NCBI GenBank assembly: GCA_051252375.1
Contig: JBPOFY010000003.1
Span: 416,001-480,000, forward strand
Reading direction: 5' to 3'
Length of the DNA stretch: 64,000 bases
DNA from: Opitutaceae bacterium
Lineage (GTDB): Bacteria > Verrucomicrobiota > Verrucomicrobiia > Opitutales > Coraliomargaritaceae
Positions 1 through 12,157 of this stretch are shown here, piece by piece (within the stretch, counting starts at the first letter, position 1; each line of letters begins with the position of its first letter). A program made the translations under genes and the position numbers. The notes beneath the pieces are model-generated. The model searched no databases. It worked only from the letters and a program-made list of their open reading frames with translations, and had not been told where the DNA came from.

Positions 1-1310
1 CACCGGCTCGGCACGGTGTGACTCAATGGATCGGAGACAAGTCAGGCATGGCGTATAACAAAGGTGACCCTGTGATGCCCGCAGAGTACACGCGTAATTT
101 GCCAAAAGAAGACACCACCATCGCCGAGGCAATGAAGGCGGGTGGCTATACCACATTTTTCGCCGGGAAGTGGCATTTAGGCGACGAGGGATCTTGGCCT
201 GAAGATCATGGTTTTGAGATCAATAAGGGTGGCTGGTCGAAGGGGTCGCCGAATGGCGGATATTTTGCCCCTTGGAAGAATCCTCGATTGGAGAATGGTC
301 CTGATGGCGAATCGCTCACGATGCGTTTGGCGCAGGAGACCGCCTCTTTCATTGAAGCGAATAACGGGCGGCCGTTTTTTGCTTTTCTGTCTTTTTATGG
401 GGTGCACGGACCGCTGCAAACCACCGAAGCCTTAGCGACTAAATATAAGGCCAAGGCGGCACGCATGGGATTGTCTGGATCGGCTGAGCGTTTTAAATTC
501 GATCGTCGTTTGCCAGTGCGCCAAGTGCAGGACAACCCAGTGTATGCTGGCATGATGGAAACCTTGGATGATGCCGTTGGTTTGGTTTTGGAGAAGCTCC
601 GAGCTACTGGGCTCGATAAAAATACGGTCGTGATTTTTACTTCTGACAATGGCGGTGTTTCTTCAGGCGATGGGTATGCAACCAGTCTGCTGCCTTTGCG
701 TGGAGGGAAAGGACGCCAATGGGAGGGCGGTATTCGCGAGCCCTATTATATCTTAGTTCCTGGTATGACTGCTCCTGAGTCGATCACTGCCGAGCTCGCG
801 ATTGGAATGGATTTTTATCCTACTATTTTGGAACTTGCTGGTCTGCCCCTCATGCCTGAACAACATGTCGATGGCGTCAGTCTGTTGCCAGTGCTGGAAG
901 GGGGCACTCTAGTTTCGCGCGACCTTTATTGGCACTACCCACACTACGGCAACCAAGGTGGGGAGCCGTCGTCGATCATTCGCCAAGATGATTGGAAATT
1001 GATTTTCTACCATGAAGATCGGCGCAGCGAATTGTATAACTTGAAAGACGACCTAGGTGAGCAGCGAGATGTTGTGAAACAGTATCCGGAACTTGTCGGG
1101 CAAATGAAGGCGAAATTAGACGCCTGGTTGAGTGAGACCGGCGCCATCATGCCGAAGCCTGACCCGCGATTCTCGCAGGATCGCTTTGACCAGAAACTCA
1201 AAAAAGCGAAGACGCAGCAATTGAAGAAACTCGAACAAAACCATGAGCGATTTTTAGCTCCCGACTGGAAGCCAAATAAGGACTGGTGGGGAAGCTCTCT
1301 TAAAAAGTAA
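1..1310 (+). CDS. Sulfatase (S1 family), 5'-truncated by window edge
   Basis: Frame is open from the window start (PARHGVTQWIG). Motifs GYTTFFAGKWHLG, FTSDNGG, LRGGKG, WEGGIREP and ELYNL..DLGE are present. The catalytic CxPxR lies upstream of the window. Confidence 0.92.
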   Translation, partial: PARHGVTQWIGDKSGMAYNKGDPVMPAEYTRNLPKEDTTIAEAMKAGGYTTFFAGKWHLGDEGSWPEDHGFEINKGGWSKGSPNGGYFAPWKNPRLENGPDGESLTMRLAQETASFIEANNGRPFFAFLSFYGVHGPLQTTEALATKYKAKAARMGLSGSAERFKFDRRLPVRQVQDNPVYAGMMETLDDAVGLVLEKLRATGLDKNTVVIFTSDNGGVSSGDGYATSLLPLRGGKGRQWEGGIREPYYILVPGMTAPESITAELAIGMDFYPTILELAGLPLMPEQHVDGVSLLPVLEGGTLVSRDLYWHYPHYGNQGGEPSSIIRQDDWKLIFYHEDRRSELYNLKDDLGEQRDVVKQYPELVGQMKAKLDAWLSETGAIMPKPDPRFSQDRFDQKLKKAKTQQLKKLEQNHERFLAPDWKPNKDWWGSSLKK

Positions 1311-4406
<3,096 letters not shown>

Positions 4407-4414
4407 TTCGTTTT

Positions 4415-6028
4415 ATGAAGCAGCTCAGTTGTCGTTCTCTCGTTCGATTCACATTTTTTGTCAGTCTACTCGCCTGTGCCACTCAAGCGCAGGCGAGTAG
4501 CGATGCACTGAAGACACGCCCAAATATTATCGTCTATATGGTCGATGATTTAGGCTGGAATCATATTGGTGTAAAGTCAGGGACCTTGGGGACGGCGAAT
4601 GAGATGTATCAGACGCCGAACTTGGAGCGGCTTGCCGCGCAGGGCTTGAGTTTTACGCATGCTTACTCGCAGCCGAATTGCGCGCCGACTCGTGCAGCGA
4701 TGTTGACTGGTCAATATCCGGCACGGGTGAACAACGACGTTTATGTCGTGAGCCACCTTAATCGATTTGGGAAGGGTGGCATTACTAAAGAAAAAGCACG
4801 TTTCTATGGTCCGCAGCAGTCTGAAGATGTGGCTGTGCCCGCTATCACAGTTGCGGAGGCATTGCAGAAAAACGGTTATGCTACCGCTCACATCGGCAAG
4901 TATCATGCTGGTGGACATGAGGGAGGTGAGAGCACCATGCCTGAAAACACTGGCTTCGATTTAAATATCGGTGGCAGCAAACAAGGGCATCAACCGACAT
5001 GTTTTGGTAGCAAAAATAAACAAGGTCAGTGGCAGTTCAAAGGTCTCGGACTTGGGCACTTTGATCGCTATGCCGCACCTTACGATGCCGCGTATCTTAA
5101 ACAGCATGGTTTGCCGAAATCATTGCTCGGCACAAAGAAGCACATAAGCGATGCACTGGGTGATGCGATGGAAGCGACCGTCAAGCAACTGGCTGCGGGC
5201 GAGAGCCCTTTCTACCTTCAGTTCCATACCTATGCCGTCCATGGACCAGTCAGGGCACGACCCGACTTGAAGGCTGAGGCTTTGACTCGTGTGACTGGAG
5301 AGAATAAAAGTCAGATGGCTGACTATGTAGGCTTTATTGCCAGTGTGGATGCCAACTTAGGACGCATCTTTGACGTATTGGAAGACCCTGATGGTGATGG
5401 TGATACCATGGATAGTATTGTTGAGCAGACGATGATTCTCTTTACGTCCGATAACGGTGGCACGCATACCGATAATCTACCTTTGCGCGGCGAGAAAGGT
5501 ATGTTCACCGAAGGTGGCATTCGTGTGCCGCTCATCGTTTCTTGGCCGGGGGTGATTCCTCCTGATACGACTACGGATCGTATGATCCATACGGTGGATT
5601 ATTATCCGACTTATTTAGAGCTAGCGGGCAATCGTTGGCTGCCACCTACCGACATCCATCCGCTCGATGGTCTAACTTTTGCAGATGTGCTGCGTCAGCC
5701 TTCAGGCGCCTTAGAGCGTGAGCCAATCTTTTATTTATTTCCTGGCTATATGGATGTCCGGGCTGAGCCATGCGCGGTTGTCATCGATAACCTCCAAGGT
5801 AAACGGTATAAGCTCTATTATATTTACGAGTCCAATTCGTGGGAGCTTTATTGCTTAACGGATGACCCCGGTGAGCAGACGAATTGCTTGAAGCAAAACT
5901 TGGAAATTGCCGAGACGCTCTCCAAGAAGATCGATGATTGGTTGGGTCAGTCGCATCCTACATGGCAACCGAAGTATCCGCTTGTTAAGAAGACGGGTAA
6001 GCCAGCGGGACCTCCGCCAGTGCTTTAG
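4415..6028 (+). CDS. Sulfatase (S1 family), secreted
   Basis: Signal peptide; PNIIVYMVDDLG, CAPTRAAMLTG, HIGKYH, FTSDNGG, EGGIRVP; carries an inserted DPDGDGD loop. Confidence 0.93.
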   Translation: MKQLSCRSLVRFTFFVSLLACATQAQASSDALKTRPNIIVYMVDDLGWNHIGVKSGTLGTANEMYQTPNLERLAAQGLSFTHAYSQPNCAPTRAAMLTGQYPARVNNDVYVVSHLNRFGKGGITKEKARFYGPQQSEDVAVPAITVAEALQKNGYATAHIGKYHAGGHEGGESTMPENTGFDLNIGGSKQGHQPTCFGSKNKQGQWQFKGLGLGHFDRYAAPYDAAYLKQHGLPKSLLGTKKHISDALGDAMEATVKQLAAGESPFYLQFHTYAVHGPVRARPDLKAEALTRVTGENKSQMADYVGFIASVDANLGRIFDVLEDPDGDGDTMDSIVEQTMILFTSDNGGTHTDNLPLRGEKGMFTEGGIRVPLIVSWPGVIPPDTTTDRMIHTVDYYPTYLELAGNRWLPPTDIHPLDGLTFADVLRQPSGALEREPIFYLFPGYMDVRAEPCAVVIDNLQGKRYKLYYIYESNSWELYCLTDDPGEQTNCLKQNLEIAETLSKKIDDWLGQSHPTWQPKYPLVKKTGKPAGPPPVL

Positions 6029-6063
6029 GGGATTAGCGCGAAAGCGTTGATCGTTTCTGTGAC

Positions 6064-6224
6064 GTAGCCACGTCACTCTCCCGACCTGAGCTTGTCGAAG
6101 GTGTGACGTGATTTTGTTTACGGTGTCATTGTTTTGTCGTAGCTGATGACTTATGCCTGAATGACGGCACGGCAGAGACTGCCGTGGCTACATTTTTCCA
6201 TACGGACTGCCGTGGCTACACAAC
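6064..6224. repeat. Cluster of GTAG-type REP-like palindromes between convergent genes
   Basis: GTAG-C-CACGTCAC-TCT-[23 nt insert]-GTGACGTG at 6064-6110. Inverted copy GTAG-C-CACGGCAG-TCT-CTGCCGTG on the minus strand at 6168-6191. Partial third copy at 6205-6224. Confidence 0.75.
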
Positions 6225-8194
6225 TAGCCGACCGGTTGATTGAAATACAGGTCGATGATGTCTTGCAGGGCGGCTTCTGCGGCCTTGCCGTGTGTCTCGT
6301 CGTATATGGGCAACCAAACTTGATACCAGCCGTCGCCGTAGAGTGGGTTCTGCGGTTTCAAACCTTTTGGATGAATGAGTTTTGTGTGTGCACGAAAATC
6401 AGCATTATTCATCGGGATGATGGTTTTGTAATGCATCAGTCGTTCATAAATTTCACGTGAAGGCTTGAGCCCCGCCTTTCGTATTTCGCTGGCGAGTTGT
6501 TTCGGTTCTTCCGGTTGGATGCCCCAGAAGTGAATCAAGGGAGTGAGGTCGACGCCCGCAGCTTTTGACATGCGCAAAATACGGCTGTCTATTGGGTCGG
6601 CATTTTTTTCGTAAATGATGCCCTGCATGTAATCTTCATTAACCGAATTCCAGAACCTGGAAAGGGCTTCCCAACCAAATAGGTGAGCAATTTCGACGTA
6701 TTTTGCGTATCCGCGGTGCTGATACTTCACTTCGTCGCCGGGGCGGTTGGAGATGTTCATCGGCTTGCCCTTGCGGAAATTTTCCGTGACCATCCACATG
6801 ATTGCGCCTTGATCTAATGAGATTCTCGATCTGCCGCCGACCGATCGACCGAATGCAGTGTCTAGATCGACGCCGAATTTTTGATTCATAACTGCGACGT
6901 AAGGCAAATTGACCAGTGCTTCGGTTTCTCCACGAAATTTGCTGCAGCCCATGGCGTGACCGACTTCATGTAAGACAGTCCAATCGCTATACTGCGGTCC
7001 TTTGATCATCCAATGCTGTGCCATTCCTTTCTCATCCTTGAGTGGATTATAAGCGTAATTGGATTGTGGATATCCGGGGAAATTTGCTCTGCCACGCATA
7101 GTCACATCCACTTGCAGATAGAGCAGGCTTTTTGAGGTATCCGGTTTGCGACCAAATAGTTCAAGCACTGCATCCATGGCTTTGTCCCAATCACTCATCA
7201 GGGTGGTGGGGTCATCGAAGGCGTAGATCCAGTTGGTCGGCACCTGCATCATGAATTTATCGGATTCAAAATCTGCCCATGGTCCTGGATGTTTACGTTC
7301 GGTGTTTTGCCACTCTGCAAGTGTGGTTTTGGCTGTGGATTTCGCTGAGAAATAGGGTGAACGTAAGGCGTTTTTGATGAGGACTTTTGCCATACCAGCA
7401 TCTGCGCCGTAGGGCACATCAATATAGATGCCACCACCAAGAGGATTCGCGATCCAAGTGTCTTTTTCAGTGATCGGGTAAACGATGGAGATGCGATCGA
7501 GACGTTTGATTTGTGGCTTTTTAACCAAGTCCCATGAATGCGCACCGACGCGTATATTGTAACCCTTGCCGACTAGAGCATTCGGCACACGAACAACAGC
7601 TACACTGCCTGGAGCTAGATAGCATCCGGTAGGTCGGCGCGCGGCTACACCATTACCGAGGGTGGGCACGCCCCATTCAACTGCCTGTGAGGCATCGATT
7701 TCCAATTCGTGAATGATCGACGGACTTTCGGGTGGAGCCACTGCTCCAGGGAAGTAAGCCGCGGTCTCGAACTTTACGTCGTTATAGAAATCGGGTGACT
7801 GGCTAAGATTTTCCGCAGTGAAGCTGTGGTCGATTAGACCTTGTTGAATCGAGAAGATTGCCCGCTCTAGTTCCAAGCCACCGGAAGGCTTTCGAGGTAA
7901 GCCGTTCTTTGTTTTTTTATTTAGAAACAAAGGACCCTGTTTGGCTTCGTAGAGGCGTGATAGGCGGATGCTCTCTTCAATACACTTCTGATTATCTTTG
8001 AGGAGTGAGAGGTCTTTTTGAATACTCGCTGCTTCGGTATTGATCTGCTGCGCGCTCAGTGTCGATAGACCCGATATGTGTTGCGCGAGTCGTTCAACGG
8101 AAGTAGTGAATTCATTCTCACCAGCATAAATGCTCGAGAGCGTCAGCAGGGCAATTGTCAGTGAGATGAAGGGCAGTTTTCTAATTTTGGGCAT
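6224..8194 (-). CDS. M60-like (enhancin-like) zinc metallopeptidase, secreted
   Basis: HEVGH...GETEALVN matches HExxH(x8-28)E; PTGCYLAPG and PLGGGIYI M60 N-domain-like motifs; GPWADFES. The ATG at 8194 precedes a signal peptide (ORF track starts at GTG 8224). Confidence 0.8.
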   Translation of the reverse strand: MPKIRKLPFISLTIALLTLSSIYAGENEFTTSVERLAQHISGLSTLSAQQINTEAASIQKDLSLLKDNQKCIEESIRLSRLYEAKQGPLFLNKKTKNGLPRKPSGGLELERAIFSIQQGLIDHSFTAENLSQSPDFYNDVKFETAAYFPGAVAPPESPSIIHELEIDASQAVEWGVPTLGNGVAARRPTGCYLAPGSVAVVRVPNALVGKGYNIRVGAHSWDLVKKPQIKRLDRISIVYPITEKDTWIANPLGGGIYIDVPYGADAGMAKVLIKNALRSPYFSAKSTAKTTLAEWQNTERKHPGPWADFESDKFMMQVPTNWIYAFDDPTTLMSDWDKAMDAVLELFGRKPDTSKSLLYLQVDVTMRGRANFPGYPQSNYAYNPLKDEKGMAQHWMIKGPQYSDWTVLHEVGHAMGCSKFRGETEALVNLPYVAVMNQKFGVDLDTAFGRSVGGRSRISLDQGAIMWMVTENFRKGKPMNISNRPGDEVKYQHRGYAKYVEIAHLFGWEALSRFWNSVNEDYMQGIIYEKNADPIDSRILRMSKAAGVDLTPLIHFWGIQPEEPKQLASEIRKAGLKPSREIYERLMHYKTIIPMNNADFRAHTKLIHPKGLKPQNPLYGDGWYQVWLPIYDETHGKAAEAALQDIIDLYFNQPVG

Positions 8195-8243
8195 GGCGGT
8201 TTGTGTAACAAAATATTGTGACACATCCTAAGGTGGAATAGAA

Positions 8244-9386
8244 TTAGTCCTTCGTTAAATCGAATTCGATAGGATATTCATCGGCATCGACTTTATCGAC
8301 CATTTGGGTGGACTTCCCAGTGCCCGCCGGAATATCTATAGTATCTTTGCCATACTGTTTAATGTATTGCGCTTCTGTTAGGAAATTGGCGGTGCCACCT
8401 GTTAGTTTAGCCATTTGGGAGAGGTGTCCGCTATTGGAGATGCCTAAACCGACCGTATGAATAATCGGCACTGGTTTACCTGCAGATTTGAGCTGTTGGA
8501 CCATCTTTTTTAGTGGTTCTATACCGCGATTATTCGGGCAGGCACCATCTGTCATGAAGAAAATCGTTTCCGGAATGGGATCCATTGTCATGGCCATGTA
8601 GAGCGGCACATCGTAAACCGTGCCTCCAACCAGTTGGGTGTCTTTGGCAATGCGCTTATAGCGATTGCGGGTGCTGCCATTGGCGGTTTCGTAGTCAATC
8701 TTAGGTAGGCGATCCCATTTCTTTGGGCGGAATGAGGAATACGAACTGGCAGGTGGCTTTGTGATCACCCAGTTGCTAATGCCACGATCAAAGTCTTTGT
8801 CTGCTGGCCATGCAGGACCAGCAAAGAAGATCACACCAAATTGCAAGCCATCGGGGAGTTCTTCCATGACGCGCATGGTTTCACGGCGAAGGACTTGTTC
8901 TTTCCCGCCTTTCATTGAAGCGGAATAGTCGACGATGAAGACAACATGACCGCCGCCGCCTTTGGCGCCGAAAAATTCGATGTCGATGTCGAGCTCTATG
9001 CCGGAGCCGGAGCCAAAGCCGTCACCAAATCCTTTGCCCACACCGTCGCCGGTGCCCACACCGCGGATCTTTTGATCGCTACGTGGTGTGGAGACATTGA
9101 GGTCAATATTTTCGAGGCTTAGATCGGAGGGAATATTTGCAACGATCGGAATAGGCAGTGGAGCAGAGGAAGACTTCTGCGACTTCTCCATTTTGATTTT
9201 ATACTCCTTCTTGCGTGGCTCGATGCCTTGCGGGATAGGGGGCGCTTCAAGTTCCGGCTCGGGCGGCGTTAAACTCTCAAAAAGGACATATCCACCATAG
9301 AAAATACCAATGAATAGGTGGATCAGTATACTGATGAAGATGACGGACAGGAGCCGTGTTCTGGTGAAAATTTTGGGGAGTTTCAT
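8244..9386 (-). CDS. TonB-like membrane-anchored protein with C-terminal vWA domain
   Basis: N-terminal TM helix ISILIHLF (SxxxH); PEPELEAPP linker; Gly-rich GxG stretch; vWA with intact MIDAS (FIVDYSASM ... GGT ... FFMTDG; IHTVGLG). Confidence 0.75.
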   Translation of the reverse strand: MKLPKIFTRTRLLSVIFISILIHLFIGIFYGGYVLFESLTPPEPELEAPPIPQGIEPRKKEYKIKMEKSQKSSSAPLPIPIVANIPSDLSLENIDLNVSTPRSDQKIRGVGTGDGVGKGFGDGFGSGSGIELDIDIEFFGAKGGGGHVVFIVDYSASMKGGKEQVLRRETMRVMEELPDGLQFGVIFFAGPAWPADKDFDRGISNWVITKPPASSYSSFRPKKWDRLPKIDYETANGSTRNRYKRIAKDTQLVGGTVYDVPLYMAMTMDPIPETIFFMTDGACPNNRGIEPLKKMVQQLKSAGKPVPIIHTVGLGISNSGHLSQMAKLTGGTANFLTEAQYIKQYGKDTIDIPAGTGKSTQMVDKVDADEYPIEFDLTKD

Positions 9387-9395
9387 AGCAGGGAG

Positions 9396-9833
9396 TTATT
9401 CAGCTGCAGCAAAGGTAACCGAGGTGACTTTCGATGCCACACAGGCATTGAGCACGTTGATGATCGACTGTTGGTCTGTGTTCTCATCGGGGTTGATTAA
9501 GATCAATGTTTGGAAACCAGCACGCTCGGAGGATTCTCTAATTTGCAGCAAAATGCCTTCGAGTTCAGGGAGTTCGTTGCCAACTGGCTCGCCGGCTGGC
9601 GCGCCGTTGAGTAGAATGCTGCCATCAGGGAGGATGTCGACGAGGTGCTCTTCCGGGAGTGGGGCATCTGCTGCTGCTGGCACATTAGTGGGCAGCTTAA
9701 AGCTGATGTCGGACTCTTGCTTCACGATCGTTGTGGTGACCATGAAGAAAATGAGCAGCAGGAAGACGACGTCGATCATCGAGGTGAGATCGACTTTGTC
9801 GGAAGATTTTAAGTAGGCGTCTGTGGCTTTCAT
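9396..9833 (-). CDS. exbD: ExbD/TolR family biopolymer transport protein (subtype 2)
   Basis: [20 protein letters not shown] transmembrane motif with conserved Asp; C-terminal LILINPD...IINVLNAC. Confidence 0.9.
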   Translation of the reverse strand: MKATDAYLKSSDKVDLTSMIDVVFLLLIFFMVTTTIVKQESDISFKLPTNVPAAADAPLPEEHLVDILPDGSILLNGAPAGEPVGNELPELEGILLQIRESSERAGFQTLILINPDENTDQQSIINVLNACVASKVTSVTFAAAE

Positions 9834-9839
9834 GGGTGG

Positions 9840-10247
9840 TTATTTGTCACTCTGATAGCTGGTAAATATGATATTTACGGCACCGACTTCGGAGCATGCC
9901 GCCATGAGATCACGTGTGTGAATATAAGGTGTTAGCTTATCGATACGGAGCAGCAGTTGCATACTTGGGTTTTGAGCAAGGCTGTCGGCTACGAGCGCTT
10001 TCAACTCGTCAATGGTTACTTCTGCGCTGCGATAGTAAATCGTGCCGTCGGGCAGGAGCGACGCGATGTCGCGGTTTTCCTGTGTTTCGGCTACGATTGA
10101 GTTGGTCGCGATCGGTGCTTCGAGTTCGACACGTTTAGCCGTGACGACACTGGCGACTGTCATGAAGAAAACAATCAACAAGAAGACGATATCAATCATC
10201 GGCGTGAGATCGGGCTCGTCGTCAGTCTGTTCTAATTCCCATTTCAT
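9840..10247 (-). CDS. exbD: ExbD/TolR family biopolymer transport protein (subtype 1)
   Basis: DLTPMIDIVFLLIVFFMTVAS; LLLRIDKLTPY. Confidence 0.9.
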   Translation of the reverse strand: MKWELEQTDDEPDLTPMIDIVFLLIVFFMTVASVVTAKRVELEAPIATNSIVAETQENRDIASLLPDGTIYYRSAEVTIDELKALVADSLAQNPSMQLLLRIDKLTPYIHTRDLMAACSEVGAVNIIFTSYQSDK

Positions 10248-10265
10248 AATGACAGGGCTGAATGC

Positions 10266-11036
10266 TTATCGTTGTGCAGCGCTGTTGCCGGCGGAGCGAA
10301 GAGTGCGACCCAATACTTGAGCCACTTCAGATGCGATTTTGCCGTATTTGTTTTTAAAGTAGAAGTATGCGATCAGTGCTGGGATGGCGACGCAAAGACC
10401 ACTGGCGGTGGTGATCAAGGCTTCGGAAATATTGTCAGCCAGTAGTTCTGGTTTGCCCATGCCTTGTTCGGCGATCGTGCGGAAAGCTTTGACCATACCA
10501 CTGACCGTTCCGAGTAGTCCGACCATGGGTGCAACCGATGCGATAACTTGTAGGTAGTTGATGAAGACGAAAGGTTTCGCGAGCTCAACAGATGCGGCTT
10601 CGTCGAAAGCTTTGTCGATGACTTGCTGGTCGAATGTGCCGTTCTCTGTGGTGACGAGTCCGTTGTGTAGAATGTTCAAGAGGGGGCTACTGTGAGCTTC
10701 GCAGACCTCCATGGCTTTGGCGTAATCGTTTACAGCCAGAGCAGGCGCAACTTCTTCTTCGAGGGCTTTTTGATTAATGATATTTCCAGTGCGAATTGTC
10801 ATCGCGTTGTATAGGACCAAACCGACTGTCGCGATGGAGAATGCCAGCAATGGATACATTGCTAGACCACCTGTTTTAAAGGTGCCCATCAGGGTCTTGT
10901 CATCTGAAGAGCTCGACTGCGTTTCTGCTGCAGGGGCAGCAGTGTCTTGTGCTTGCAGGATCACCGAGCTGAACGCAAGGCACGCTGCGACGACAAATAG
11001 GCGGATGAAGAGGGTGGGTTTGTTGTATTGGATCAT
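10266..11036 (-). CDS. exbB: MotA/TolQ/ExbB proton-channel family protein
   Basis: [47 protein letters not shown]. The start at 11036 forms an ATGA overlap with the upstream stop. Signal-peptide-like N-terminus (LQA-QD). Confidence 0.9.
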   Translation of the reverse strand: MIQYNKPTLFIRLFVVAACLAFSSVILQAQDTAAPAAETQSSSSDDKTLMGTFKTGGLAMYPLLAFSIATVGLVLYNAMTIRTGNIINQKALEEEVAPALAVNDYAKAMEVCEAHSSPLLNILHNGLVTTENGTFDQQVIDKAFDEAASVELAKPFVFINYLQVIASVAPMVGLLGTVSGMVKAFRTIAEQGMGKPELLADNISEALITTASGLCVAIPALIAYFYFKNKYGKIASEVAQVLGRTLRSAGNSAAQR

Positions 11037-12157
11037 TCGATTATCGGTTGAGGTTTGTTTAATTCTTGTTGTGCGAATTCTGCCCACTTCGAGGAGGGGA
11101 AGAATCGCATTGTTTCTTCAAAAACTGATTCGGAGACGTCATTCATCTCAAATACTTCATACGCTTTGCCTGAACGAAACATGAGTTCCGCGGTCCATGG
11201 TTCGACGGGTGTGGCGAAGGCGATGCCTTGGCTGATGGCGCGCATGGCTTCTTTAGATTGTTCACGTTTTGAGTAGTAAATGCCGAGCACCAGCTGTTGG
11301 AGTGGGAAGTGCGCCTTGCCCGGTTTGATTTTGTCTGCGTTGGTGGCAAAATCATGGTCGTCGATCAACTGTTCCTGATAAAGCTGGCAGTAGTAGGACC
11401 AGTATTCGGCTTCTTTGGTCTCAATGGAGAGATTGCCCGAAAGCTGGGTATATAAGCCTTGGGCATCGATATAATTCTCTTTCTCTCTGAGCGCGTGCGC
11501 TAGTTGAAACACCAAGTCAGTATTGGCCAGGTCGATGGTTTTGATCGGCACCTTTTTGATCACTTCGATGGCCTTATCAATATCTTCTTGATCCACCAGC
11601 GCTTTGGCTAAGCGAATGATCTGCTCTTCAAAATCCGGTCCAAGTTTGGCGATATTCAATTGCTCGAATAGGAAAATAGCTTCGTCGAATTGATTCAGTT
11701 GGATGAGGCCGATGACCAGATTGTTGACCACAGAGCGGAACTGGCAGTTTTGATCCGGAATGTCCAAGAAGCGAACCATCGGATAAGCGACTTGTTTGAG
11801 CAGGTCTAAATGCCTGAGCGTGAAAGTCTCTTGTTCCAGCAAGCCAATAGCTTTGTTGTAGTCACTGTTTTCCGGATGGTTGAACCACGATTCACCTAGA
11901 GAATTAATGGGGAGTGCTGCTTCACCGGTTTGCCCAACCACGGTGAAAGCGAGAAAGCCGTCACGTATCTCGACCAAGTTGATGTTACTGGAAGAGCCTT
12001 GGTTATTCCATGTGACACGCATGGGTTGTGCGATCAACTGCTCTGCGCTTTTACGCCAGCTTTCACTCGATTGAGCGGATGCCACGCTAACCGCGAATGC
12101 CGCGCTTAAGACGAAGCCGGCGATATGGATGATGGACTGTAGCTTAAAGTTTCGCAT
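11033..12157 (-). CDS. Secreted TPR-like protein (~375 aa)
   Basis: Signal peptide (ASA-QS); small N-terminal beta-rich segment, then helical repeats; ends in [14 protein letters not shown] (TPR_6/CpoB-like). Paralog of 30492-31616. Confidence 0.7.
   Translation of the reverse strand: MRNFKLQSIIHIAGFVLSAAFAVSVASAQSSESWRKSAEQLIAQPMRVTWNNQGSSSNINLVEIRDGFLAFTVVGQTGEAALPINSLGESWFNHPENSDYNKAIGLLEQETFTLRHLDLLKQVAYPMVRFLDIPDQNCQFRSVVNNLVIGLIQLNQFDEAIFLFEQLNIAKLGPDFEEQIIRLAKALVDQEDIDKAIEVIKKVPIKTIDLANTDLVFQLAHALREKENYIDAQGLYTQLSGNLSIETKEAEYWSYYCQLYQEQLIDDHDFATNADKIKPGKAHFPLQQLVLGIYYSKREQSKEAMRAISQGIAFATPVEPWTAELMFRSGKAYEVFEMNDVSESVFEETMRFFPSSKWAEFAQQELNKPQPIIE

Noticed and set aside
6161..6460. 99-aa plus-strand ORF starting in the repeats
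   Set aside because: It begins in REP-like DNA and runs antisense to the M60 peptidase.
9396..11036. Calling the ExbB/ExbD genes a canonical Tol-Pal or Ton system
   Set aside because: No tolB, pal, TonB_C domain or TonB-dependent receptor is recognisable in either locus.
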